A stretch of 64,000 nt of DNA from Octopus sinensis (taxonomy: Eukaryota), in assembly GCF_006345805.1 (NCBI RefSeq), contig NC_043017.1, forward strand, positions 14,880,001-14,944,000. Direction: 5' to 3'. Under the pieces are notes generated by a model. That model saw only the letters and a program-made list of their open reading frames with translations, was not told the origin of the DNA and ran no database searches. Both the position numbers and the translations under genes were made by a program. Positions 9,966-23,765 of this stretch are shown piece by piece. How positions within the stretch are numbered: position 1 is the first letter of the stretch; the number at the start of each line of letters is the position of its first letter.

Positions 9966-11983
9966 TATATGTATACATACATATGTACATTCATAAAACA
10001 CACACACACACACAAACTTTATGGTCTATGTTTCTTATGTTCTTATTGTGCAGATTCGATGAATTGCCAATAAATTGATGGAGAGATCCCAGAGTTTTAA
10101 ATAAGTACCTCAGATAATGCATTGTTAGATCTGGGTTTACTAGGTTAAAAATGCCAAGTGTTTGATAGCTGTAGAAATAAGGTTCTTGTGTCTGTGAGGG
10201 TGTCTAAATAATAATGATTGTACAGAAAAAATGGTACAATGACAATTATTTTATATTTGTCTACGATTATATGTCTGCATATTCCAGACATTTATTTGAC
10301 AGATTTGGAAACCGCAAATAGCGTCAATTCATTTAAAATCCAGCAGACTACTGTGACACATTACAATAGTAAATACAATATCAACAATGGTATATTACGA
10401 GATTCAATAGAATCTCTTTGGCAGTGGTAATAAAAGTAGATCTAATGTAATATAAATATATTTTCTGTGGAGGGAAAAATATCTACATTTTCGATATTAA
10501 CCATTTTTTATGATAAAGGATAAGAAAGAGAGAATTGACAAGGAAATCTCCACTTGTTTATTATAAAGAAGACATAGTAATGATAGAGGAAAGATGTAGA
10601 TAGATCTGTAATTTGTGTTGTGTTGCTGTTAAGCTATGAGTCAACTGTAGTCCATCAGGCATTTGAACAAAGACTCTTCTGTTTCTTTCCTTCCTCGCTT
10701 CTACGGTTACATTATTTATTTAAGTTGATAAGATTATGATTTGAAGGAGATGTAGCTGGTATTTCTAACAAAAGAATCGACTGTGACGATACTCTGCCAT
10801 TGACTCGTACTCGTGGAGATAATTATGGTCTGAAATATGCGATATGCTCTAAATGGAATATATTTCGCCTGTTAACAGGTCGACGACTTGTGGAAGCTCT
10901 TATCAAATCTCCGTTGCATGTTGTTTTATAGCAACCATCCTTGAAATACAGCAGAGACATAATAATTGCTTAAATGTTGAACATGTCTGGACTTAAAACG
11001 TAACGACTCTATATTTAGAAAGGAAGAAAAGTTTTGTATAAATGCAAGACAGGCGGCATGTTAATGGAAATGTTTTACTTGAAACAGGAAGAATTTTGTG
11101 AAAGCATTTACTAGAAAAATTGAGATGTTAATTACGTCTGAAAATTCCATTATAGAATGGATTCTTTAAGAGATTTTACACTCGCCAGTTTCTTCGGTTT
11201 TTAATTCCAGAAAATATACTTCTAACGTTTAAGTAAAGTTTCCTCACACGAGTACAACTCCACGTATTTACTGTTTGAAATCCAATATTTCAAACAGAAA
11301 ACACTGAATATAGTTTTGTTTTCCAATACTAATTAATTTTTGTCTAGTCCATGTTGTAATTAAAATTAGTTTACTGTTAGCAGCTATCTAATTTCAATTA
11401 GAATTTCTCAACATTTAAATTACACTTGTTTCTCATCGATATTGAAACGAGTAAATATTTCCCTGCTATATAAATGTCTACAAACTTATTAAATATTTCC
11501 TATAAAACAATGATTGAAGCTAAACTGACACCGAACCTTCCACCAGTTACATCTGACTACCAATTTTTACCCTTCCTTTTCACATAGCAGTATTTGTCTC
11601 ACGTCATACCAATGCTGAAAAGTTGATTAGTTATATTGTTATTATTATTATTTCGCCTGGCAGCAAAGCTAGACAGTCGCAGCCTGTTATCTGGCAAACA
11701 AACACCGATGGTGATAATTTATAAGTTTGTGTGTTAATCAGTTAAATATTGGCTTCGCCATTCTATGACGTCATACCCAGGACTCCATGTTGAATTTCCA
11801 GAGGAGAAATGTGATACGGCGTCAGATGAATTGTTGCATTCGAACTGAATTTTTTAAAAAGTTCAATCGATATTTTCTGACAGCTAACAGTTATGACTTA
11901 TACATATCTAAGTATACACACTCACTCACACTCACACATCACATGCACACACACTTCCGCAGACACAAATATCTACTTTTATA

Positions 11984-12009
<26 letters not shown>

Positions 12010-12029
<20 letters not shown>

Positions 12030-12600
12030 AATATATCTACATGTAAACATATATATGTATGTAAATATGTGTGTATGTATGTGTGTGTATGTATGTGTGT
12101 GTATGTATGTGTATGTGTATGTATGTATATATATATATATATGATACATTATTAAATATATATATATATATATATGCATATATTGGGTCATTCCATAAAT
12201 AATACGCTGTTTTTGAATTGCATGAACAAAAAGTGGGAGGGGGACGAGATAAACTACCTGCATCAGTTTGCTGTAAAAGCAGGGAGTAATTTTACCTTGT
12301 CCTTATTCTTAGTGCAAGTTTTGAAGAGTGCAGTTCGATTTTAACAGTTACTTTTCCAAAGCTATTGACAATGGACTACATCTGTAATCTAATAAAGTGC
12401 ATTGAGAGTGGACTAAGAGAAGCATGAGGATAGACGTGGACGGAAAGACCCACCGAAGAGATCATAGACGTGTGACGAAAGATTTCTGGACAATGGACAT
12501 CAGTTAAAATAAGAAGAGTAATACACGTCTGGAGAACGAATATAGAGGGCGTGCGTTTATTTGGCAAAAAAACAAAAACATCTCGAAATAACACACACAC

Positions 12601-12684
<84 letters not shown>

Positions 12685-13302
12685 GTATATATGTATGTAT
12701 ATTATATATATATATTATATATATACACATATACACATATACAAATATATCTACATGTAAACATATATATGTATGTAAATATGTGTGTATGTATGTGTGT
12801 GTATGTATGTGTATGTGTATGTATGTATATATATATATATATATGATACATTATTAAATATATATATATATATATATGCATATATTGGGTCATTCCATAA
12901 ATAATACGCTGTTTTTGAATTGCATGAACAAAAAGTGGGAGGGGGACGAGATAAACTACCTGCATCAGTTTGCTGTAAAAGCAGGGAGTAATTTTACCTT
13001 GTCCTTATTCTTAGTGCAAGTTTTGAAGAGTGCAGTTCGATTTTAACAGTTACTTTTCCAAAGCTATTGACAATGGACTACATCTGTAATCTAATAAAGT
13101 GCATTGAGAGTGGACTAAGAGAAGCATGAGGATAGACGTGGACGGAAAGACCCACCGAAGAGATCATAGACGTGTGACGAAAGATTTCTGGACAATGGAC
13201 ATCAGTTAAAATAAGAAGAGTAATACACGTCTGGAGAACGAATATAGAGGGCGTGCGTTTATTTGGCAAAAAAACAAAAACATCTCGAAATAACACACAC
13301 AC

Positions 13303-13386
<84 letters not shown>

Positions 13387-14004
13387 GTATATATGTATGT
13401 ATATTATATATATATATTATATATATACACATATACACATATACAAATATATCTACATGTAAACATATATATGTATGTAAATATGTGTGTATGTATGTGT
13501 GTGTATGTATGTGTATGTGTATGTATGTATATATATATATATATATGATACATTATTAAATATATATATATATATATATGCATATATTGGGTCATTCCAT
13601 AAATAATACGCTGTTTTTGAATTGCATGAACAAAAAGTGGGAGGGGGACGAGATAAACTACCTGCATCAGTTTGCTGTAAAAGCAGGGAGTAATTTTACC
13701 TTGTCCTTATTCTTAGTGCAAGTTTTGAAGAGTGCAGTTCGATTTTAACAGTTACTTTTCCAAAGCTATTGACAATGGACTACATCTGTAATCTAATAAA
13801 GTGCATTGAGAGTGGACTAAGAGAAGCATGAGGATAGACGTGGACGGAAAGACCCACCGAAGAGATCATAGACGTGTGACGAAAGATTTCTGGACAATGG
13901 ACATCAGTTAAAATAAGAAGAGTAATACACGTCTGGAGAACGAATATAGAGGGCGTGCGTTTATTTGGCAAAAAAACAAAAACATCTCGAAATAACACAC
14001 ACAC

Positions 14005-14088
<84 letters not shown>

Positions 14089-14105
14089 GTATATATGTAT
14101 GTATA
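12010..14105. repeat. Tandem triplication of a 702-bp unit
   Basis: Identical sequence and identical ORFs at offsets of 702 (12376/13078/13780; 12551/13253/13955). Each unit has 21 ATCT repeats. Confidence 0.97.
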
Positions 14106-15384
14106 TATATATATATATATATATACATATTTATTTATATATATATATGATAACATATGCATTATGATGTTTTTCTTCACAATTCTTTCTCTCTTTTTCT
14201 CTTTCTACCTTTCGTCTTTTATATTATGAAGCGCATTCGTTCGCATGTATGGTTGTATTTTTGCGCCTCTGTATGCATATGTATAGTCTTTGATCTCTGT
14301 CTGTGTACTTTTGTGCTACGAACAAAGAGGATTGGATCTATATAATAGTAATTATTTAAATTCACTCAAAGTCTTCAGCGGCAAAGAGTTCAAGTCTGGC
14401 GAAGACCAGTTGGGTGCTTTTCTACGCGCTTCTGTTTGTTGTCTGCCTGTCCAGCACACACATCCTCCTCTCACACACACACACACCACACACACACACA
14501 CACTCTCTCTCTATCTCTCTCTCTTCGTATGTATTTATATGTTCGTGTACATATATGTGTGCACACATTTATATACATACATACACACACACACACACAT
14601 ATAAATGTCCATACATTTATGTATGTATGTATGTGTCGCCATGTAGTTGTGTTAGCAAATATTTCTGCATATGCAACAACTGTGCTGAAAAACTGAGATG
14701 CACCCAAGATGGAGACGAGAGAGAGAGTAAATTAAATTACGTAGCTTACTTAAGGCCACTTGAAATCTGATTACTCAGTTTCGCACCCTGAAGCCATATC
14801 TACACGAGTAGGGATGATTAGTTTGAGCCCTTGTATATGAGGATGTGTGTGTGTGCATATGGGTATGTACGGGCTTGTGTGTTGGCGGGGGGAGGGGTAA
14901 GGAATTGGTTTCTAACAAAGGAACAATCTTTAAAACAAAAACTCAGTAGGTATTACATATTGAAATTTACAAGTTTTGCATAGTTTCTACGTTTCTATTT
15001 TACAGATTATACCTGTAAAATGTATGTGGGCTGCTTTGTTTTCACACCTGGAAATCCCATTTTTTTCCAGGGAAGACAATTCAACATTGACTAATATAGA
15101 TAATCGTACACTCACAATAATTGCAATGAATGAGAATTTCTAATCAGGATGGAGGATGTGAAAGTTTCGACGCAATTCTTCATAAATATTCTCCTTCTCG
15201 CTAATTTTAGAACAGTTGTTCACATCTGCAGGGTAGTTGACCTCTATGATGGGGCATGATTTTTTTCCTGTCCTCCAAACTCTACATCTGTTCTGTTATA
15301 TTTGCCTTAGTAGACGTTTTGATGAGAATCTTCGACCAAAAATTCTTCATGTTAATATATAAGTATTAACCATTATATATTATA

Positions 15385-15825
15385 ACCCTGAGGCAGTTTT
15401 TAAGGGCTTAGGAAGAAATAAAGAAGATAATACACCTTCTGAAGCAGAAAAAAACCTGCCAATTTTGGAATAATATCTGGAAGCAAGACGTTTCGCACAA
15501 GCATGGTGTTGGGCGGATTCATTCCGTGCGGTCCGAACTCCATCACCCGGAGGCTCCACGACAGGACCATGTGCGCATAACAACGGAAGATGTCATTTCA
15601 CAGATATGAAAACTGCCAAACTGGAAAGTGACAGGAGCAGACAGAATTCAAGGTTACTGGCTCAAGTGGATTTAGGTCGATACACAAGAGGACTGCGTTG
15701 CAATGAGACAATTGACTACAGAGCGGTACAGTTCCGGAAGTGGATGGTAGAGGGAAGAATAATATTGTTAATGAAAGATCGGTCGAAGGCTATTGAGGCT
15801 GGCAATTACCGACCCAGAAGGTCAA
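15385..15825 (+). mobile_element. Degraded R4/Dong-type non-LTR retrotransposon fragment (pre-RT region)
   Basis: Fragments read KLPNWKVTGADRIQGYWLK and WMVEGRIILLMKDRSKAIEAGNYRP, comparable to the element at 41062-44601. Confidence 0.7.
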
Positions 15826-15934
15826 CCAGAAGGGTGACCTAATAAAGAATACTGAAAGCCTGATCATCATTGAATACCAACTCAGTTTAAAAGTGCATCG
15901 AACCTCTGCAGAATGTATGAGGAGATGCAATAGA

Positions 15935-16382
15935 TTTGCTTTTTAGTTGCTTGACCTTAACCAGGTGAGTATGTTCCTTAGCGGCTGAGGATAAGTGCAT
16001 TTCTGATCACAAGCAGCAGTAGTTTGGGAGCACCATAGCCATGTGTCGAGAGGAAATCTTTGGAGTTTCAATAATTCACCCATGGAAGCATGGATGTTTC
16101 GTTCAATATCCCTAAACAACTGTTCTTCAGGGACTTTTCGAGTCGAATGGGTTTACTCGACCTGAAGGAAATTCTAACTACCCACTTCCCCACTGCAAGG
16201 TCGCAAGGTTATTCGCTGTTTCGTTTAATATGAAGTCACCATCCAGCGCACATATGGTTGTGATGCATGTGCCTGGTGTACCCTTATTAAACGGGTAGTC
16301 ATGATGGGTATACTGGGCTTCGTATATCTTTACTCCAGTGTCATTTTGATGGCATGCGCTGCGCTCTTCATCAATAATAATT
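15935..16382 (+). mobile_element. Interspersed retroposon 3' region with short (AAT)n tail
   Basis: I recognise it as a common octopus repeat (GATGCATGTGCCTGGTGTACCCTT...GGGTAGTCATGATGGGTATACTGGGCTTCGTATAT), ending TCAATAATAAT. Not verified by search. Confidence 0.55.
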
Positions 16383-16512
16383 TCAAGAGTTGTAAGCACT
16401 TAAAAGACTTCTGAAAATTTGTGGATACCTCAGGTTACAGGCATTCACCCGCCATCCATATAATTCCTACCAGGAATAAGACAGACCTGAACCAAACAAA
16501 ATGATAATAATA

Positions 16513-16700
16513 ATGGTTTCAATTTTTGGCTAAAGACCAGCAATTTCGGTGCGGACTGAGTTCGACCTGAGTACTTAACCGATTATTATTTTATCGAATA
16601 ATGAGACGCACAGTCCACCTTGGTGGAATTTGAACTTAGTACGTAAAAAGCCAGTCGAGATCAGGCTAAGTATTTTGTCCAACGTGGTGTCGGTCAGCTC
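16513..16700 (-). mobile_element. SINE family A, highly diverged
   Basis: CCACCTTGGTGGAATTTGAACTTAGTACGTAAAAAG and GTCAGCTCG motifs. Confidence 0.55.
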
Positions 16701-16704
16701 GAAT

Positions 16705-16908
16705 AATAATTATTTCTAATAAATTTGGGAGCAAGGGGGTTAGTCCATTATATGGACCCCAGTGCGTAACTGGTACTTATTTCATCGACCCCGAAAGGAT
16801 GAAAGTCAAACTTGACCTCGACGGAATTTGAACTCAGAACGTAGCGGCAAACGAAATACTGTTAAGCATTTCGCTCGGTGTGCTAACCATTCTGCCAGCT
16901 CGCCGCCT
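16705..16908 (-). mobile_element. SINE family A
   Basis: CCCCAGTGCGTAACTGGTACTTATTTCATCGACCCCGAAAGGATGAAAG...TCTGCCAGCTCGCCGCC. Confidence 0.9.
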
Positions 16909-16929
16909 TAGTCATCTCGAATCATAATG

Positions 16930-16936
16930 TCTTCTC

Positions 16937-16987
<51 letters not shown>

Positions 16988-17480
16988 ACCCTCTCTTCTT
17001 CTCTTCGTCGCGAACCAGGTTATTTTTTTTATTGTTCTCTTCAATCATTCATTTAAAAAATTCCCTATTTATCTTTCAGTTATATTTCCATCTCCAACGC
17101 TCCTCACCCTTCTTTTTCCTGATGTTCATCTTTTCATCTTCTTCTTTCTCCTCTCTCCTTCCGTTACTTCCTCCCTCTTCTCTGCCATCTTCCTCTTTTC
17201 ACTTTTTCCTTTCCTACCTTACTATTTATAATTTTCTCTTCCTTCTCCCCCCATCTCCCACATTGTAACACCTCCCCCTCCTTCACCTTGACCTCCTGCT
17301 TCCACCTTACTTTACACCTCCCTCCCCTTGTCAATCTAATCCACATCAAACTTCCCTGCCCCTACCATTACCAACATACATCCTACAAACCCTTCCTCCC
17401 CTTTTCCCATCTCCTCTCACTACACCCTCTCGTTGTTATCTACTACTCTCTCTCTCACACACCTTATCATCTGTTCCATT
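16930..17480. repeat. (CT)n and pyrimidine-rich low-complexity tract
   Basis: Directly visible. Confidence 0.85.
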
Positions 17481-18167
17481 CATATGAAATCAATAACGCA
17501 CTCACCTCAACTCTCATCATGTTTTATTCTTGCACAGATTTCATAATGAAATAGACTCATAAATCCACTTGCATAATCCAACACGCTCCACTGCTACTGC
17601 TGCTGCTTCTCCTCATCTTTCTCTTCTTCTACCACAACTACTGTATCTACGTGCGTGTATATATATATATGTGTGTATACATACATATATGCACATTGAT
17701 GTATACATATGTATGCATACATACGTATATGTTAAAATCATTTTCAGTATGACGAATGCCAACGGTGTTGCCACCTCGATCCTCTTCTCGGGTAGACACT
17801 GGAAACTGTGCCGCGCTTCATACACTCGGGAAACAGTTAAAGCGTCAACAGCTGAAATCCTTGTAACTACTTCACCGACAATGACGTCACTAACTTGTAT
17901 TATGTTCAGAGAGAGAGAGAATGATCAAAATGTGCAAGAAAATGAGACAACTGCGCGCACTTAAATCGGTCTCTACGAATGCCTGACATGGAGTCTCACT
18001 TGACAAATGCAGCAACAGTTTGAGGTGCTGGAAATAAGTTTCTTTTGAAACATCGCATTCGTCTTATGCTCGGCCGATGTCGTGAATAAACACCAACCAT
18101 CTCATTGGTCTCAGTAAAGATGATGTGACAAAAGTGAAGGAAGAAAACAAAGCTCAGATTATATAGG

Positions 18168-18308
18168 TTTCACATTGTGGCACAAGGCCAGCAATTTCGG
18201 GAGTTGTGTATAGGGAGGGGTAAGTCGATTATATTGATCCCCAGTGATCAACTGGTGCTTATTTTGTGGGCCCCGAAAGGATGAAATGCAAAGTCGGCCT
18301 CGGTGGAA
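18168..18308 (-). mobile_element. SINE family A, 3' half
   Basis: CCCCAGTGATCAACTGGTGCTTATTTTGTGGGCCCCGAAAGGATGAAATGCAAAGTCGGCCTCGG. Confidence 0.75.
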
Positions 18309-19304
18309 TAAGAAACTGAAATGATATGGGAACTGAAGACTCGTTGGCTTTAGAACAAACCGTTTCTTATGGAACTGTGAAGAAGGGAAAGAAGAAGAAA
18401 GGGTCATATGACATTGAGGAAATGATGATCTTATTGTGACAGGTGCCGTGTGTTCTGACATCAACCCTGCAACTCCAAAATAAGTTGAGGACTTATGAGG
18501 TTGGTTTGCTGCGGGTATGAAGTGAGAGTGAAAAGGAATTCAGTTGCTGTTCCTCCAAATGGCCAGAATTAACAATAGATCACTTCACTATATTTACGGC
18601 TGTACTTACTGGAGTTAGTTTTACTGTTTATCAGAGACAGGAATAAATGCAGCGATTTTGACTCTGAATTTAACGGTTATTCATGCAGGGACAAGGAGAA
18701 TTACTATGTTTATGGTGGACGAACGGTTTCTTTTAACCCGGAGACGAGCAACGGCCACGAAACCTGTTTTCTCACGGATTTCTTCTGCTTCTGATTTTAT
18801 TCTGACGTGCAATTCAATTTGTAGCTACGTTTTAGCGGGAAAGTAATGGAAAATTCCACCAGACAATTTATGATCGAATGGACAAGTTAAAAAGTGATTG
18901 GTTGATAATTACGGTAATGTCACCAGACGTGCAGCTGCCGACTTCTTACAAGGATAATGAGGTTTCACTACTAAGCTTCGCTGCAGACACGAAACAAGAC
19001 ACGATATATGTCATATTACGTATGCATGCCTATAAATACATCTATACATACATAATTCAGGTTATCTTCCAAACGTTACCCACTGTTCTAGTCTTGTTGG
19101 CCCTAAAGCCGTATTTCGTTCGACTGTTCGGCCTTGTCCACCGTCCTAAATCAATCAGTGTCGTTTTGTTTTCTTTGCTCTCAGCGAAAACTTTCCATCT
19201 CTTAGCGACGAGACCAGCAGACCAGTTCTAGTATCGGGCTAATTTCTGCCACTCTTCAATACTGGATACCTCGTCTTCTAGAGATAGCGGTAGCTCACCT
19301 CTGC

Positions 19305-19339
<35 letters not shown>

Positions 19340-19342
<3 letters not shown>

Positions 19343-19640
19343 GTTAATCCAAACATGTAAAGAGAAAACACAACAACGCGAGGATATGGAACAAGTATAA
19401 TGTTATTGGAAAGAAGGAGGATTTAACGATTCGAGCGGAGCTCTAGATCAGAAACACAGAAAAAGGAAAGGTCCAATGAAGAGAAGACGGAGAAAAAAAT
19501 CGCCAACGATACACACACGGTCTGATAAAACACCAAAAAATGAAAGAGACCTCGATATTATGTAAATAGAGGAATTTATCTGTAAATATAATATGTGACA
19601 ATTATTCGGTAGCCATGATATAACTCCATGATAAGAAGAT
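19340..19640 (-). mobile_element. Penelope-like terminal repeat (pLTR) remnant
   Basis: AAAGAGACCTCGATATTATGTAAATAGAGGAATTTATCT is homologous to the arms at 4466-4500 and 5640-5675. Carries a degenerate hammerhead-like motif at 19419-19456. Confidence 0.65.
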
Positions 19641-22600
19641 AGCAGCTGGTACAATCCGCCATAGAATATGACTGTTATCCACTCGTTAAAAACAATCTGC
19701 TACAACAAAAGTAATACAAGTTCTTTAACCAAAGCAGCATAAAGGCAAACTATAGCGACGAATTGTCTAAAATTCCAAGTCTCTTAACAGATTTGAAAAT
19801 TGAAATAGTTCGCTGTCTTTGCATGAATATATTCTCCCGTACCCTATGAGGAATGCCTGTGGAAGGAGCTTTGATGTAAAGTTACAAAAAAAAGTTTAAC
19901 AGAAAAGGCAATATTATGTGTGTTAACAGAGAAAAGTCATCAAAAGCAGGTCTGATGTGAATATGAGCTTTTGATGTTTTGGTTTTTCAAACAAAAGAAT
20001 CAACTGAAAATCAGTGTCTGTACATTTGAAATCTCAAAGTAAGAAGTTGCAGCGCTCTGATGAAATAGAATATTGTCCAGGAAGATGTGTACGAAATAAA
20101 ACTCAGTAAATTTGGAACCGAGCTGCTCAAAGCACAAACAAAATACCCCAGCATAATTAATATAATTTGTCTTGATTAATTTCCTTTGATTTTAAACTCA
20201 TCAAATTCCCTGAAGCAACCTAAACGCAATAATGTACGTCGATAGAATTAACTTGTGTTTTAGGGTCACTTATTGTTTATTGTGTCTTATTAAAATGCAT
20301 CACTTATCAACGTTTTCTATGACTGAATTATTTGGTGTCTTTGCTTGCATCGCTTTGGCGCCACACTCACGAGGATAGTTTTGTAACATGATTATGACTA
20401 AACGTAGTAAAATTATGACTAGTCTTATCTATGTTATGACTAAATCTATAAGTGTTATAGCAAAACTCTGTAAACGCTGTACTATTGCGATTAGCTGAAC
20501 AGTGTTCTGTGGTTAACTCAACTAAATCTATGACTAAGTATACCTTGGTTATTACAATCCCTATATTATGACGAAATGTACCAAAAATTATGTCTAAGAA
20601 TACCAAGAGGATAGGGGAATCTGTCTCTCGAATGCTGGAGGTGATGTACAAAACTAGATAATTCTTGTGATGTGTTTGTAATTGTAAGTTAAATGAAAGT
20701 GGAATTCATTTTAGAAACGAAAGAAAATAATCAATGAAATAGAAAAAAGTAGAAGTTGTACGGTTGATGACAATTTGTAGAAGTGTTTGTGGTGCAGGTA
20801 GTAATCTGTTTAAAGTGTCAGTCTCTTATCTGACAAATCCGGCATTTTTATCGTAACACTGATGGTCTTGTGTGTTGTGAACCTGTTATTAGATCAGAAG
20901 AAGTTATCGATCAGATAAAGACGGAGAGCAAGTAAAAGCAATAAAGAAAACAGAAAAAAAAAAGGAAGGAATGATGAAGAGGAGGAGGAGAGTTAAGGTT
21001 AAGTGTACATGGAGGTCAGAAGAAGTAGCCAATACGAAGAACAAATCAAATAAGATTGAAACAGAATTATCCTTTTTAGAAGACAATTGAATTAGGCTTT
21101 ACAATGAATTTAGTGTGACACCATGCAGATTTCTTGACTACGTTGCGCTCCGCAACACAACGAAATGGAAGTCGAGAAAGAAAAGGGCATTCAAAGTTAA
21201 AGCAAGATTCTATTATTCAGGGTTATTTAGCTGTAGATTTAGCAAATATTATAAAAAATTAAGGGACGGCATTAGGAGAGTAATGGCACAATAAAACAAA
21301 ACGCCACAGGTTCAAATCTTAACATTTCACCAAGCTTTAGAGAGAAAACAATTGTTCCCATTGGTCAACTGCATTGTTACCTAATTCTCTTATGTATGAT
21401 GGTTTGGTCAGAAGGAAAGGACAACCTATATTTCAGGGTTTCCATCACAGGCGAAAGGAGAATAGATTCATGTCATTCCACCAGAAAGTTGGTCTGAATA
21501 CATACAAGAAATTGAATTTCATTAATGTTACTTAAGTTTCGGGCGGCGGTGTTGAACAGTGTCACAGATTAAATGTAGCATTCAATAACAGAAGAAAAAA
21601 AACATTGTTTGTAAATGCTTCATTGAAGAGATTAGCAATTAAATCTATAATAGATACACCCAGTGTAAGAGAAAGATGCCGTAGCAGTTTCATATCACTC
21701 AGTAGAGACAACGTAGCAGGGATCTATGACAGGCTTGTATTACTAGATAAGGACTCCGTTAGAGCGGGGTCTGGCATCCCTATATTACGAGATATAGACT
21801 ATGCAAAAGGGAGTCGTGGTATTTTAGTTGAGTTGAAATCCAGGATTATAATTTATAACAACTATTTGCGGTAGCAAATACATCAAACACTTTGCATTGT
21901 AGTTTTTCATAAATAGAATTCATTCTGTCTCTTGCTGCGAAGAATGTATCCTACAAGCTTATACATACATAATACAAGCATGTATGCATGCATACATACA
22001 TATATGCATACAGAATATATATGCATGCATACATACATGTATGTATGTATGAATATACGTATATATTATCTAAATCCTCGTTGGCATGTACACACTACCA
22101 TCTCAGAAAGAAAAGTGTCTGTGATACTGATATAAACTCTTATTTATTATTACTGGATACCAATATATTTAGTCGAGTAAAAACCACGCCTGTTGACTCA
22201 TCCAAACAAATGCAGTCTTCTTCTATTTTAGTTTTTAGATCATTGTCTCATATTAATATTATAGCAATATTTTTTGTGATATCAATATTTTGGTTGCGTA
22301 TCGTACTTTTAACTATTTAATATGTTCTGGGATTTAGCAAAAAAAAAAAAGTAATTGTCTGTTGGGGAATCATTGTAATATTGGTTAAATTCGTTTATTT
22401 ATTTCTCTGCTGCTCGTCGTTGCACAAAGCGACAGCAGACAAACATATGCCAATGGAGAGCTCGGTGATTAACGTGTCTTCGTCTTTATGAGGCAGAACG
22501 TTCAATGGGTATTTTTATGCAGTTTCAGACACCCGGCTTTATTATACACACATTTTATGTTAGGAATTATTGTTATATATACACACTGACTTGGTCATGT

Positions 22601-23049
22601 CTCAGAAGCCAAGAGTTACCAACGCCTCGTCGTTGGTTTCTGTTCTAGTATTGTAGGAGAGTAATGTCTTTACTCTTATTTACAAGATTTGCACACACGC
22701 GCACGCTCATACATACACACACACACAAATACACCACACACGTACACAGACACACACGCACACACACACACGAGCGCACACGCAGGCACACACATATGCA
22801 TACAGACATGCCTATACACACACACGAAAACAATCGCGCACGCATGTACATACACACGCTGATATGACGATAGTCTCTCTTAGTCTGAGAAAGACGGTTC
22901 TGCAATTTGTAGCAAAACAACCTGCACAAATAGTTTTGTCCAGTGTGATTAAATGTACATTGTCTCACTTTCTTCATCAAATCGACGTTGTCTGAACAGG
23001 TGAATGCTGTACCACACGTCAGGCGTCGAAATGAAGCGTTTTTCTTTTT

Positions 23050-23150
23050 TTGTTTTTCTGTTCAACATCACAACACACCACAGAGTTCGGCAATTGAACC
23101 CACGATCTCGCGATCGGAAGCACAACAGCTAACTATTCAAGAACACAGGA
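23050..23150 (-). mobile_element. tRNA-like SINE head fragment
   Basis: The - strand reads ...GATCGCGAGATCGTGGGTTCAATTGCCG (B-box-like). Confidence 0.45.
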
Positions 23151-23469
23151 ACATCAGCCTTTCATCTTGTTTCTACATAAAAATTTAAACCCTAAATACA
23201 TTGACCGAAACGAAGCGAAATTAGAAAGAACCGTGTTGTGGAATTGAACCAGAAAATCCATATTTGTGAGGTGAGCTATTCAACCACACGTCCATAACTT
23301 TTTTTGACCCCTTGATATTTAAAACTTGATTTGACCTCGATTAGATTCGATCTCAAAATACCTTATGTAGCATTGTAATATAGTGAACTTCACTCGTTTT
23401 ATTTAAACCAAATCAGTCTCCTCTATGTTGACATGTTTGCACATGGTGATGGCTGGGCTCTCCGTCGGT

Positions 23470-23765
23470 TACGGCGACGAGCAATATTCTAGTCGATCCA
23501 ATTAACGAAACAAATTGTTCATGAGTGGCTGAGTACTCCATAGACACGTGCACCCTAAACATAGTGTCAGGAAGATTCAACGTGACACAGAATGTGACAA
23601 GAGCGGTCATTTGAATTACAGGTACAACTTATTTATGCCAGCTGAGTGGACTGGAGCAATGAGAAATAGAGTATCTTGCTCAAGGATACAACGTGACACC
23701 GAGAATCATACGGCCTTACGATGGCGAGCTGAATACCTTTGCCACAAAGCTACACCTATGCACAC
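23470..23765 (-). mobile_element. tRNA-derived SINE with Meta-like core (family C)
   Basis: GCCAGCTGAGTGGACTGGAGCAATGAGAAATAGAGTATCTTGCTCAAGGATACAAC (reverse of a GTGTCCTTGAGCAAG-type core). The 3' part is homologous to 62590-62810. Confidence 0.7.

Noticed and set aside
12445-12500. Hammerhead-like CCGAAGA-GATCA..TGAC-GAAAG in the 702-bp unit
   Set aside because: No helix I or III partner and no NUH site could be formed. The segment looks more like a decayed LINE 3' end.
11766-17889. CRE palindromes TGACGTCA at 11766 and 17882
   Set aside because: One or two 8-mers in 64 kb are expected by chance, and there is no supporting context.
21605-21874. Protein-like 89-aa ORF
   Set aside because: TTG start, no recognisable domain and no convincing splice sites. 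It may still be conserved non-coding DNA.
23050-23150. tRNA gene
   Set aside because: Only a B-box-like arm is present with no cloverleaf, so it is a SINE head.
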